This document shows, piece by piece, positions 34,695 through 46,965 of a stretch of 64,000 nt of DNA. A model generated the notes under the pieces. That model was not told the origin of the DNA and did not search any database. It saw nothing but the letters and a program-made list of their open reading frames with translations. The stretch is from Octopus sinensis (lineage: Eukaryota): NCBI RefSeq assembly GCF_006345805.1, contig NC_042998.1, positions 22,630,001 through 22,694,000 of the forward strand, in the 5' to 3' direction. A program made the translations under genes and the position numbers. Positions within the stretch are counted from its first letter, which is position 1. Every line of letters starts with the position of its first letter.

Positions 34695-35094
34695 TGTGGT
34701 AAGAAGCTTGCTTCACAACCACATGGTTCCAAGTTTAGCCCATGGCATAGAGGCTTGGTAAGTGTCTTCTACTATAGCCATGAACTGACCAAAGCCTTGT
34801 GAGTGGATTTGGTAGACAAACTGAAAGAAGCTCATTATATATATGTGTGTATGTGTATGTATCTTAGTGTGTGTCTTTGTGTACGTGTTTGTTCCTCACC
34901 ACTGCTTGACAACCAGTGTTGGTTTGTGTACATCCCCATTACATAGCAGTTCAGCAACAGAGGCCGATACAACAAGTACCAGCCTTAAAAAAAAGAAGTT
35001 CTGAGATTGATTTGTTTGACTAAAATCCTTCAAGGCAGTAACCACAACATGGCTGCAGTCAAATGACTGATGCAAGGAAAAAGATGAGATAAAT
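34695..35094 (+). mobile_element. SINE family A
   Basis: Head to tail. Confidence 0.8.
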
Positions 35095-35595
35095 CATCAT
35101 CATCATCATCATCATCAATGTTCGCTTCCCATGCTAGCATGGTTTGGACGATTTTGACTGAGGGCTGGTGAACCAGATGGCTGCACCGGCCTCCAATCTT
35201 GATTTGGCAGAGTTTCTACACTTGGATGCCCTTCCTAACGCCAACCACTCCAAGAGTGTAGTGGGTGCTTTTTACACGCCACCGGCACGGTGGCCAGTCA
35301 GGCAGTACTGGCAATGACCTCGCTTGAATCTTTTTACACATGCCACCGGCACAGGTGCTAGTAAGGTGACGTTGGTAACGATTACGCTCGAACGGTGCCC
35401 CTTTACGTGCCACCGGCACGGAAGCCAGTTGGCTGCTCTAGCAACGATCATGCTCGGATGGTGCTCTTGGCACCCTACTAGCACGTGCACAAGTGCCAGT
35501 AAGGCGACGCTGGTAACGATCACACTCGAATGGTGCTCTTTTATGTGCCACTGGCACGGAAGCCGGTTAGCCGCTCTGTCAACAATCACACTTGT
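35095..35595 (-). mobile_element. Family C with VNTR, flanked by an about 98-bp direct duplication
   Basis: 34996-35094 versus 35605-35702. Confidence 0.88.
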
Positions 35596-36649
35596 ATGGT
35601 GAAAAAGTACTGAGATTGATTTCTCTGACTAAAATCCCTCAAGGCAGTAACCACAGCATAGCTGCAGTCAAATGACTGATGCAAGGAAAAGATGAGATAA
35701 ATGATCTGGTATATATATATTCTTAACTGTGGCAATGGGAATACAGTTGTTTGCCCACTGCCAGCAGGGGATTTGATTTCATACTCTATGAGGAATACAA
35801 CAAAATCATTAATTACTCTCATAAGTATAATAATGTATGAGAAAATATTTTAGTCTTCTTAAAATTATTACTATCAACATTTTAGCAATTAACATTGTGT
35901 TTTTAGTAAGCATAGTATGTATGTGTATGTGTCAGATTCTCTCTGTCTGTAAGTCTGTCTGTCTGTCTGTCACACATGCTCACTCACATTTTCAAATTTA
36001 CTCTAAGAATGAAGTAAGAATAAATTAATTGGATAAAAACGTATTTCCTGATCACTACGGACATTTGTGAGTCATTTCTTAATCCCTGCTGAATATAAGT
36101 GGAACAAGTATTGAAACGGAATAACTTACCACCAGCTATACAAGTTAATGAGTTGTCAGCAAGTAATTAAATTATGCAGATGATAGCAGAAAAGCTGGAT
36201 TAATTCTCAGCCAAAGTTTCTGCAAATGATAGAAATAATGCTATTTAATCAATTCACTGCTACACAAGTTAGTATGAGAACAATATACCAAGGACTAAGT
36301 GAGGTAATGAAAATAATTGAGGATACGAAAGCTAATGAAATGCTTAGTCTCTGTCTCTCCAGCACTAAATTAGCTTTTACATTCTCAATTTCTCAATTGA
36401 TAGCTTGCTGTTAGGGTTTGCAGCAAGATAGGGGATCATGAATGCCATAGATCTGGAAAAGATGCTTCAAAACTGTCTACTGCAAAAGTATATTCATTTT
36501 ACTTTTGGTGACCTAGAATAGATGTCCGATGAGATTCTGAGTCTTTGAGAGTATTTATTAGCCACAATATGCCTGTATGAAACCTGTTCATGCTCATTTC
36601 TTTTATTATAATGGGCAACAAAAGAATTTTTTTGTCTGGTGCCTGGAAT

Positions 36650-37085
36650 CATCATCATCATCATCATCATCATCATTTAGCGTCCGTTTTCCATGCTAGC
36701 ATGGATTGGATGGTTCAACTGGGGTCTGTGAAGCCAGAAGGCTGCATCAGGCCCAGTCTGATCTGGCAGTGTTTCTACGGCTGGATGCCCTTCCTAACGC
36801 CGATCAATCCGCGAGTGTAGTGGGTGCTTTTTACGTGCCACCCGCACAGAAGCCAGACGGAGCTGGTAAACGGCCACGAACAGATGGTGCTTTTACGTGC
36901 CACCGGCATGGGGGCCAGGCGAGGCTGGCAACGGACACAAACAGATGGTGCTTTTACGTGCCACTGGCACGGAGGCCAGATGGGGTGGCCTCCGTGCCGG
37001 TGGCATGTAAAAGCACCATCCCCCGTTCGTGGCCATTGCCAGCCTCGCCTGGCCCCCGTGCCGGTGGCACGTAAAAGCACCATTT
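36650..37085 (-). mobile_element. Family C with an internally inverted VNTR segment
   Basis: Orientation flips at 36979-36985. Confidence 0.88.
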
Positions 37086-37433
37086 TAACAAATTCCTAAG
37101 TGATTTTTACCTGCTAAATTCAAAAATAACTTCAGTTTTTCTCTATCAGGTCTAGTTTTCTGACCAGACCTGATAGAGTATTTTAATCATACAAGAGGCA
37201 TATAATATGAATCAATAGAGAGCGTAACACAAATCAAAACAAAATACAAATGAAAATTCAAAATTGAAAATACACCTAAAAACTAGATCTGAGAGGTCAA
37301 AAAGAAGGTTATATTTGGATTCAGGAAACCGATTTTGTATAGGAATGATGTCTGTTTCCTAAAAAACCTTGTAGACCAGTGTTATATTTGTGCATTAATA
37401 AAGAAATTGTATTTAGTTCATATTTCTTTACAG

Positions 37434-37595
37434 CTAGCTATTGAAGATGATGATGGAAAACCAAGCCTCTGCATGGTTGCTCACCTGCTACAAAAAGCAA
37501 CTACATCATCTTCAAATCACAGGACACATTGGTTTATGCAGTGCCACACATCCTTAAAAAGTCAGGATGGCAGATCTTCAAAGCTTCGAGTCTAA
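37434..37595 (+). CDS. Candidate terminal coding exon (LAIEDDDGKPSLC...SSKLRV*)
   Basis: TTTCTTTACAG acceptor (tandem TAG 4 nt later), 53 open codons of unique, less AT-rich sequence; no transcript or homology evidence. Confidence 0.3.
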   Translation, partial: LAIEDDDGKPSLCMVAHLLQKATTSSSNHRTHWFMQCHTSLKSQDGRSSKLRV

Positions 37596-37934
37596 GAAAA
37601 TATAAATTACAATTTACTCAACCAATCATGTTACAACCGCCTCTCCAATTTATAATTCATTTACAACTCCCACCTAGGCTATAAAAGAAAGTATCAATTA
37701 ACTCTCATTAGTGTTGTCTATGTTTATGCCATGCCATCCATTTGTCGTTAACAAACGTTTACACCTGGTCTATTTTAACGCTTCAAATCTAATCACTACT
37801 AATTTGGTTAGAAGTTCACTTAACCTTTTCTCTACATTTTCCTTCAGCATAGGAAATATAATAAACTTCCTTATTCTATAAACAGATGCTTAGACACAAA
37901 ATGCATATGGTTGAATGTTGTTATTAGTTAAGAT

Positions 37935-38518
37935 ATTCTTTTATTCTTTTACTTGCTTCAGTCATTTGACTGTGGCCATGCTGGAGCACTGCTTTTAGTT
38001 GGCCCTAGGACTTGTTCTTTGTAACCCTTGCCAAACTGCTATGTTACGGGGACGTAAACACACCAACAGTTGTTAAGTGATGGTAGGGGGCCAAACACAG
38101 AACACAAATATATACATATATATATCATCATCATCATCACTTAACGTCTGCTTTCCATGCTAGCATGGGTTGGACGATTTGACTGAGGTCTGGCGAACCA
38201 GATGGCTGCACCAGACTCCAGTCTGATCTGGCAGAGTTTCTACACCTGGATGCCCTTCCTAACGCCAACAACTCGGAGAGTGTAGTGGGTGCTTTTTTGT
38301 ACCACCGGCACGGGGGTCAGTCAGGCGGTACTGGCAAGTATATATATATATACTACGGGCTTCTATTCAGTTTCTGTTTACCAAATCCACTCATAAGGCT
38401 TTTGGTCAGCCCGAGGCTATAGTAGAAGACACTTGCCCAAGGTGCCACGCAGTGGAACTGAACCCAGAATCATGTGGTTGGTAAGCAAGCTACTTACCAC
38501 ACAGCCGCTCCTGCACCT
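37935..38518 (-). mobile_element. SINE family A with a family C copy (38124-38338) nested in its internal (TA)n
   Basis: Family A halves on both sides of TATATATC|ATCATC. Confidence 0.88.
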
Positions 38519-39104
38519 ATGATACCTTATTAATTGTTTAACCAGCATGTATATATGTTTTTCTTTTTCTGTTTCCTTTTTTGTTTTATCTAGTCATAAA
38601 TAAAACATCCTCCATTCTCTCTGTTGCGTCCTCCTAGGATGGTGAATTCTATGCAGTTGATGATCCGTTTGAATTTCTATAAAATAGTATTGGTAGCAAA
38701 AAATAAAAAAAGTATAAGATACAAGGGAAAGAATTCCTGGGAGCTGCACTGCAGCTGTAGTAAGGAAGAAATGAAAAATGTGTTTTAGTTTGAAGTTTTG
38801 AGATGAAAGCTAAAAGATGGATAGGTGGATTGGGTGGGTTGGGCAAAGGTGAACGAGATTAAAAGTGATACAAGATCTTAGTTGAGAAGAGTGGAAACTG
38901 TTGTAGTGGTAGTTGTGGAGTTTTGGTGAATGACTTTTTCTCCATCAACCTCTTGGCCTAATTTCTCTGCGACCTTGGATGCTTGTGTGTGAAGCAGCAA
39001 TACTGGTCAGTAATATATTAGCAGTGCTTTAATAATCTATCATGTGTTGATAAGTGAATCCGAAAATGAAAGGCTATGCTAATTATACACAGTTTCACAA
39101 ACAC

Positions 39105-39545
39105 ATCATCATCATCATTATCATCGTTTAACGTCCGCTTTCCATGCTAGCATGGGTTGGACGATTTTGACTGAGGGCTGGCGAACCAGATGGCTGCACC
39201 AGGCTCCAATCTTGATCTGGCAGAGTTTCTACAACTGGATGCCCTTCCTAATGCCAACCACTCCGAGAGTGTAGTGGGTGCTTTTTACGCGCCACCAGCA
39301 TGGAGGCCAGTCAGGCGATACTGGCAACGACCTCGCTTGAATCTTTTTACGCCTGCCACCGGCACAGGTGCCAGTAAGGCGAAGTTGGTAATGATCACGC
39401 TCGAATGGTGCCCTTTTACGTGTCACTGGCACGGAAGCCAGTTGGCTGCTCTGGCAACGATCATGCTCGGATGGTGCTCTTAGCACCCTACAAGCACGGG
39501 CACAGGTGCCAGTAAGGTGACGCTGGTAACGATCACGCTCGAATG
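39105..39545 (-). mobile_element. Family C with VNTR
   Basis: Closely similar to 35095-35595 and 53062-53490. Confidence 0.88.
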
Positions 39546-39701
39546 TACATGCATTTATACAAACATGAGCCAATGACTTGGTATACAAGAAATAACTGTC
39601 AAATTCTCTTAAATCACAGCCTGTCATTTTAAAAATTGGATCAACACGAAGCCAAAATGGTCATAGCTAGAACTCCATTCTTCATAGGTTTGCTTAATCT
39701 G

Positions 39702-39986
39702 TGTGTGAAGGCATATGGCTTGGTTAGGGTATTCGGGTCATAAACATAAGGCCATGAGTTCAATTCTCAGCTGTGTGACCTTGAGTAAGGTACTTCATTT
39801 CACGTGGGTTGTACTTGTATTTCAAAGGGTCAGCCTTGTCACATTCTGTGTTTTCATGCTGAATCTCCCTGAGAACTACATTAAGGGTACACGTGTCTGT
39901 GGTGTGCTCAGCCACTTGCACTTTTATTTCATGAGCAGGCCGTTCCATTGAACCAATGGAATACCGCTTTTCTTTTCTTTTTCTTT
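39702..39986 (+). mobile_element. SINE family F (tRNA-like head, CORE-like GTGACCTTGAGTAAGGTACTT) with a 37-38-bp flanking duplication
   Basis: B-box-like GAGTTCAATTC; 39664-39701 versus 39987-40023. Confidence 0.7.
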
Positions 39987-40654
39987 TAGCTAGAACCCCA
40001 TTCATCATAAGTTTGCTTAATCTGGCCTGACCCAGGTCTAAACAATTGGCATTTCTACTTAATGAATTTAACCGTATACACTTAAGTTACTACCTTGGCT
40101 AGGCAGTACATTATGTTGAATTCTCAATTATAAACATTAATTCTTTGTGACTGCTGTAGTGGTCTCTGTATTTTTTCACTCTGAAGGACAAGTGTCTGAA
40201 ACAGATTTTTCATTCCTTGGCAAGTTAATTATTTTCGTTGTCTCCTATCTATGATCTTTGTTAGATTAACTTTTGCTGATGCAGACTGCCACTAATCTCT
40301 TAGGATTCTAGATCTTACTTGAGAAATATCAATGTTTTAGCGTTCACTTTCTTCCTACTTTGCTTGCGCTAGCGAGATTCTGTGCAAGCGACTACTACTG
40401 TTACATATATATATATGTACAAACAGACATAGAAGCACGCATGCATCCAAACAGATGCACTCAGTTGCAAGGTAGTAACATACATACATGTGTGTGTGTG
40501 TGTGTGTAATGTCGAATGAAAGATAAGCTACCTTGACCTCCAAATGTCTAACTTCTATCTTTGATATTTGACAAATGACACAAATCATAAACAATGGAAG
40601 GAAAACAAAATGGAGAATCCTTTCAACTTTGTCATTTTTCTTTTTGTTTTTCAG

Positions 40655-40673
40655 ATGGAAAGGTTAACATAAA
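40655..40673 (+). CDS. Candidate 19-nt micro-exon
   Basis: TTTTTCTTTTTGTTTTTCAG acceptor and AAA|GTAAGC donor 19 nt apart in a repeat-poor stretch; no other support. Confidence 0.25.
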
Positions 40674-42579
40674 GTAAGCAATAAGCCTTGTAATTAATAT
40701 CAAGGTACAATAAAATATCTATGTTTGATGGAATTTCAGTCTTTCCTAAATCTTTTCCATAGAACTACATTTGTGGAGATTGTTTTTTTTTTCAAGTCTT
40801 AGGTGAACTTTTTGTTTTGCTTCCAGGCATAAAGATCTACACGTAGCAGTGAAATATAAATTTAAAATTACCTCCACGAATGGCTTTTAATGCCTTACAA
40901 ATTTTTTTGTTAAGAAGATGACTTGCTATTTAGCCCCTAGGTTAACCCTGACACAGCAAGTCTTTTCTAAATCAAAGGTGTTTCAAATTAGCCAATGTAG
41001 CATCTTTTTTTTTTGAAGAAGTAAGGTACAATTTGAATGAGATTTGGCTTATATTTCTAAAAGTTGAACAACTACATGTATGGATTACAGTGTGTTGCAG
41101 TAACAGTAGGATATCAGAATACATACTTTTGTTTTCCTTTGCTATATTTTGAGAAAGAATTCTGTTAAAGTCCATGTTGATCTTTTAGGATTCTTTAAAA
41201 CAAATATCAATTCTACATCGATGTTAATTTAGTTGATTATTTTCTTCTACCCATGCAAATAAATTGGCTTCTATTTTACGTTCCCCGAGGTCAATAAAAT
41301 ACGTTTTAGTCTTGCACTGAGATCAGATATAAAATTCCTTTCCAAATTTTTAGTTATGCTTGCAGTAGAAATTACTATTGATAAGAAACAGCTTATCACT
41401 ATCATCTTATAGGAATATTGTTTTAACATATAGTTGTTTTGGATTGTATGCACATGTCTGTATGCAATTGAGAACTCTTAAATAAGAGAAAATGCTATTT
41501 TTAGAGACTGCAACTGTCATAAAAAAGATACCATTTTAATATAATATCTAATAAAATTGATTTATTAGATTATAAATGACCCAACATTCTCGTGTAAATT
41601 AAACAGTAGATAATCTTGTTCGATAATGATTCTGTAAGCTAACCATTTCATTCTGTCAAAAACAATTAATGCTGTTCATTTAATATTAATCATTAATATT
41701 CTATATGGTTGAAGATTTAGAAGTTTCTCTTATGTCTATTTATCATTTCATATCTACTTCTGAATCGTTTTCTTTTTTGTTTTTGCTTCTTTTTGAGAAA
41801 TGTAATTTCTTTAAAATATAATGCTTTCCATTTAAGATTGTGATCAGTCAGAAAGTGGTTTATATGTAATTTTTATTTGTTATAAGGGGTCAGATAAGAT
41901 TACATTTCTATTTTCAGTTTTAGGTTCGTCTTCTAATAGAACATTAGTCTTTATTTGTACTGAAGGAAATGGTCTAATTGCATTGCTTGTTATGGTTAAT
42001 CAATATTTTCTTTAAAAAAAAATCACTCACAGATAACAACATGATAATGATAATAATAAAACTTATAAATTAAGGTAACGAACATATTTCAAAAGATTTT
42101 ATTAAAACAAAGGAGATGGAATATTTCTATAAATTCAAGATGATATTTGTTTTTCATCATCATCATCATTATCATCATCATCATCAGTCCATTTCCCAAA
42201 TCAGTTCTTATTTGGAGTTACTGTTCTTCTTGATTGGCTGGGGTCCATATCTTTTCTGTAAACACCCACTTTTGGTATTTTTTCCATTGCTGGATGCCTT
42301 CCTTAATGTCAACACCTCACAAAATGTACTGGGTGCAATTCTGTTGTGGCATCACCTCTAGAGACTTAGTTATCTTCCCTTTGGCAAGATTAAAGTGTCC
42401 TGTCTGTCTTGTATTGTCTCTGTACATTCAAGCCAACATGACTGAGATAGTGAATAGAAGTGAGAGTTGAGGAGAGAGAGAGAGAGTGTGTATAAGATTG
42501 TGAGGGGGATAGATATAGAAATACTGAAATGGTTTTATAACATATTTAGAGATTGTTCTTCTATATGCACTCTGATCAT

Positions 42580-42934
42580 TTAACCCTTTTGTTACTGTTT
42601 TTATTTTGAGATGCTCTGTGTTTCTTTTAACTATATGAACCCTTTGAGCCTGTAACACCAGTTTATGGGTGGATGGTTTACTTTTCTCTATATCATAGCA
42701 CCGCTCTATACTGTAGCACCTGTGGTATGCCAGGTATATAGTAAAATAAGTTTCAGGAAGTCAGGGCTCAAAGAATTTAGTAAAATAACTTAATTATCAC
42801 TAAGCTAGTGTTAGGAATACAAATTGTGACTAAGGTTTGGTGGAAGATTTTAATTCATGACTTATGAAAAGAAGACATTTGTACTACAGAGTCAGAGGTG
42901 GTTTCAGCCGGGTTGGGGGTAACGAAAGGGTTAA
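42580..42934. mobile_element. piggyBac-type MITE (same family as 60023-61280) with an extra internal segment at 42640-42773
   Basis: TTAA-CCCTTTTGTTAC ... GTAACGAAAGGG-TTAA. Confidence 0.85.
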
Positions 42935-43039
42935 AGATCTACCCCTTAATGAATATCCATGCTCTGAAAGGCTGTGAGCTGATCTTAGAATTTATTAGTA
43001 GTGGTTGGTAAGTTATTTAGAAATATTGATTTCAAATTT

Positions 43040-43195
43040 TGGCACAAGGCCAGCAATTTTTGATCGACCCCCAAGAGGATAAAAAGCAAAGTTGACCTTG
43101 GTGAAATTTGAACTCAGAATGTGAAAATGGATGGAATGGCACAAAGCACTTTGCCTGGTGCACTAATGGTTCTGCTGGTTCACCACCTTAAGTTA
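43040..43195 (-). mobile_element. SINE family B variant, degenerate
   Basis: AAAAGCAAAGTTGACCTTGGTGAAATTTGAACTCAGAA. Confidence 0.7.
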
Positions 43196-44073
43196 TTTAG
43201 AAATATTATTGAATCAACGCTTGTTGAAAAGAGCCAGAGTTGTCTACAAACAACTTCTCTGATGGGAAATTAATTCCTGCTTTAATTTTAAAGCACTGAG
43301 ATTGTGTAAAGAATCGAGTGTTAATTATTAATGTGTGAAATTAATTAAAAGAGAAATATTGTAATTTTGTAATTTTTGTCTTGTATTTATTTTGTCTTTT
43401 TTTTTTTGTAGTTTTGCTACTTAGAGACTTATATACATGTGTACGTGTGTTTTTGTGTGTATATACTGAAAACTATGATGCAGAGTATTCCGTTTTCATA
43501 ATAACTATTGATTTCTTACATTATTCCAAGACTTGAAATACATGACAAACATTCAATCCTATTTCAAGATTGTTAGCAGCATAACTGAAGTGAAATAGCT
43601 TCAACTGGGACTCGAAATCTTGCCCTCGATAAAGCTTGCCGGAAACTTAATCTTACATCAAGGACACCACTATCTTCATGAATGAGTTTATTTTACTAGT
43701 ATAATACATGAGGCACAGACAAAAAACTTATAATGTATAATATTATAATGTCTAAGCTTTCAGTTTCTGAACATGCAGCCCAACTAAAGAATCTCTTTGT
43801 GGTTGTTTGGCAAATGAGAAACAAGTGCCAGAAATCCCTTAAATACACTCTGCTATTTTAAAAATGGATGTCCTTATTGGATAATCTTATGTATATATAA
43901 AAAATAGGATTGATACAGCTAGAAAGCCTTTGAACTGTTTGGCTAAGTTTGGCTTAGAAACAGTGACTGAACAGATGAAATTATGAGACAGCCAACTGAG
44001 TGGTTGGAACGTGCATATGTTACTATCACTGCAGTATATATATATTTAGTTTTTCAGTATACACACACACACA

Positions 44074-44123
<50 letters not shown>

Positions 44124-44124
<1 letters not shown>

Positions 44125-44400
44125 TATCATCATCATCATCATCATTTAACATTTGTTGTCCACGTTGGCATGGGTTGGATGGTTTGACTAGGCTGGTATG
44201 CTGGAAGGCTATGCCAGGCTCCAGTCTGATTTGGCATGGTTTTTTTATGGCTGGATGCCCTTCCTAATGCCACCAGCGTTGGTGCCATTTGTGTGACACT
44301 GGTATCTGCCATGACTGCAATTTTGCTTGGCCCAATGGGTCTTCTTCTCAAGCACAACATAATGCCAAAAGACTTGGTCATTGCCTCTGTGAGGCCCAAC
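44124..44400 (-). mobile_element. Family C 3' end next to (CA)n
   Basis: (CAT)n tail and conserved block. Confidence 0.8.
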
Positions 44401-44425
44401 ACTATATACATATATATATAATTAA

Positions 44426-45042
44426 CTAGCAGAGATACCCGGCGTTGCTCAGGATTAAAATGGCATAGTTTACTCTTTTACGCATTTTCATAGCAATCAA
44501 TTTTTTCTTTTTTGCTTAATTAAAATGGTTGCCTTTTCCTCGTAGTTTTTCATGCCAGCTGTAAAGGTGAAGAGGGTTAACTTGGATGGTGTTAAGTAGT
44601 GGAGATGTCTGGTGATTGTATGTGGCGGTTACTTTTGACTGTTTCTTCTCAATAAGGATAATTGAGTGATAATGAATCCTAACACAATATATATATACAA
44701 CTTCAAGTGGAATCAGACATCATAAGAGAGACAGAGAGAGGAAAAAAGAGAGACAGCATAACGACAATTTTGGCTGATTGTCATCCTGTACTCCCCTTGT
44801 TGCTAACGAAATGGTATGTGCCAGCTGTCTGAGCAAACTCATTGCTTTTAATGGCGGAACAAACAGGACAAAAAGATTACAAAAATAGCGATTCTCACTT
44901 TGAAACTAACAATTTTGAAAATCCTTTTAGATTACAGAATGCCTCGCTCTCTTATGTTTAAAATTTCAGCGCGATTGAATGAACAATATTTGAGCTATAA
45001 GCACTCAAACAGACAGACAGACAGAACGAGATTTATATATTC
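44426..45042 (-). mobile_element. Non-autonomous Helitron, third family
   Basis: A|CTAGCAGAGATACCCGGCGTTGCTCAGG hairpin end; (ACAG)n plus TATATAT at the other end. Confidence 0.7.
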
Positions 45043-45290
45043 TGATATAAACATGATGATGATGATTTTTAGCTAAGTTACATTGAGGGCAATATTTGAT
45101 TTCTTTCATACATTTTCTTTATATGTGCCTTATCCATAGATAATAACTCCTCTACTAATAAGGAATGTCATTTGTGCTTGTCTTCTTTATACATACATAT
45201 AAATATATATAAATTTGTGTTTGTATATATATGTACATGTACGCATACACACACTCACATAAATATTAATTTTATATATATATATAAGTT

Positions 45291-45620
45291 GTTATAATGA
45301 AGTCAAACCAAATCCAGTTATGTGTCTGCAATTGTATGTAGTTTATCTGATTTTTTAATCCATTTAATAATATCTCTGCATTTCTGCTGGAGTGGACTGC
45401 ATCTGTTAAAGAATTACATGCACACAAAATATCATATTCTCTATGATATTTAGAATGTCTTTCTCAAACTGGTCAAGCAGGTGGTTGGACATCCTTCACA
45501 TATGACCAGGAATATCAAATTCCATAACAGAGAATCTCAGAGATATCAATCAGATTCAAAAATCGGATAAACTAAATATAACTGCTGGAAAAACTGGATT
45601 TGGTTTGACTTTGTTATTAC
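45291..45620. mobile_element. Fold-back element next to (TA)n, imperfect arms of about 85 bp
   Basis: AAGTCAAACCAAATCCAGTT / AACTGGATTTGGTTTGACTT; TAGTTTATCTGATTTTT / AAAAATCGGATAAACTA; ATATCTCTG / CAGAGATAT. Confidence 0.8.
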
Positions 45621-45817
45621 AACCAATACAACTCGATGCCAGTACAAACTAGCCAACCTTGACTCCATTTACGTGGATACTTTAACAGTGATTTGGAGTA
45701 GTTAGTTATACTTGACTCGAGTCCAAAATTCTGGTACCATCCATCACTTCTTAGCATAACATGAAATATATATATATATATATATATATGTATACTATAT
45801 ATATATATATATATATA

Positions 45818-46212
45818 CTAGCAGTATTGCCCGGCGTTGCTCAGATTTGTTTCCACCCTTTAGAATTGGAATTTTTGAAAAGTAAAAATTTTGCATTATG
45901 TAGCTTGTTATTCTCTTTAAGTGAACATTTTTCTAGTTGAAATACACCAAAAAATGGTGACACAGCAGTCAAAAAATCGTAAAATATAGGGATTTTCATA
46001 GAAAAAAAGCAACTTTTTGATGTAAATAATTTTTGGTGTTAACATGGTCCAATTTGAATTTTTTCTTCTACGGAATGAAGAGCAAGCCTTCTTCTATCAT
46101 ACTCTCAATTTTGGTCAACTTGCACCGCAGGGTCTCGTAGAAGATAGTGTCAGTTGAAGGCTACCACACCTGCCATACACAGACAACTTCAACTTATATA
46201 TATACATATATA
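45818..46212 (-). mobile_element. Helitron family D, uninterrupted
   Basis: A|CTAG plus hairpin; empty TTAA site at 45917. Confidence 0.8.
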
Positions 46213-46587
46213 CAATTAAATTTTTCAAAGTCATCAGTGACTTTCTGCATGACTGTCTTGTATTTTTAATGAGTTGTTGCAAAATAGTGATGACTCTGTT
46301 ATGTTTTTTTTTCTTCCGTTTCTGTTAAAATGTGTGCTTTTACTGTCCACTTGAACCCTGCTTAGTCAATTATCATCTCTTTCTATCTGCCTTTAGGACA
46401 ACCCCCCAGCTTGCTGTCATCTTGTGAGTACTGCTCTCTCTTCTCTAGGTCTTGTCCATATATTTCATTTGTTCTCAAATATTAATTATAATAATAATAA
46501 TGATGATGATAGTTAAGTGTCTATACATACATGTATACATAGTATATACATATATATTATGATACATATATATGTTATATATATTAT

Positions 46588-46786
46588 GTTGTGTCTGGGG
46601 ATAGCCATTTTCTTTTTGTGCCTTGTAATATAACACACTCACCGGTTTTGACTCAAAACTATTGGAAAGGTTGCAAGACGCAACAGAAATTTTGGAAAAT
46701 AAAAAATAAGAAAAAAGTGGAAATTTTACCGGTGAGTGTGTTATATTATAAGGCACAAAAAGAAAATGACTCTTCCCAGGCACAAC
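46588..46786. mobile_element. Fold-back element, 59-bp arms (duplicate at 47739-47937)
   Basis: 46588-46646 versus reverse complement of 46728-46786, about 5 mismatches; both inner ends are ACCGGT. Confidence 0.9.
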
Positions 46787-46863
46787 AGAGTATGCTTCAA
46801 CACATGAACTCATATAAAGAATCTTACTAACCAAATCCAAAGACGAAATGTTATATATATGTA

Positions 46864-46902
<39 letters not shown>

Positions 46903-46903
46903 C

Positions 46904-46965
<62 letters not shown>

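Noticed and set aside
36173-36184. YADD motif
   Set aside because: Isolated; surrounding frames are full of stops and show no other RT motifs I can recognise
36810-37085. CRISPR-like pattern of conserved repeat plus variable spacer (also 12100-12330, 35270-35570, 57090-57290, 63100-63235)
   Set aside because: Eukaryotic context, no cas genes, spacers are related to each other, and the units are the VNTR of an RTE 3' UTR
45454-45527. Possible phase 1 exon ECLSQTGQAGGWTSFTYDQEYQIP*
   Set aside because: Lies in the loop of a fold-back repeat and its acceptor is part of an internal hairpin; not excluded but not supported
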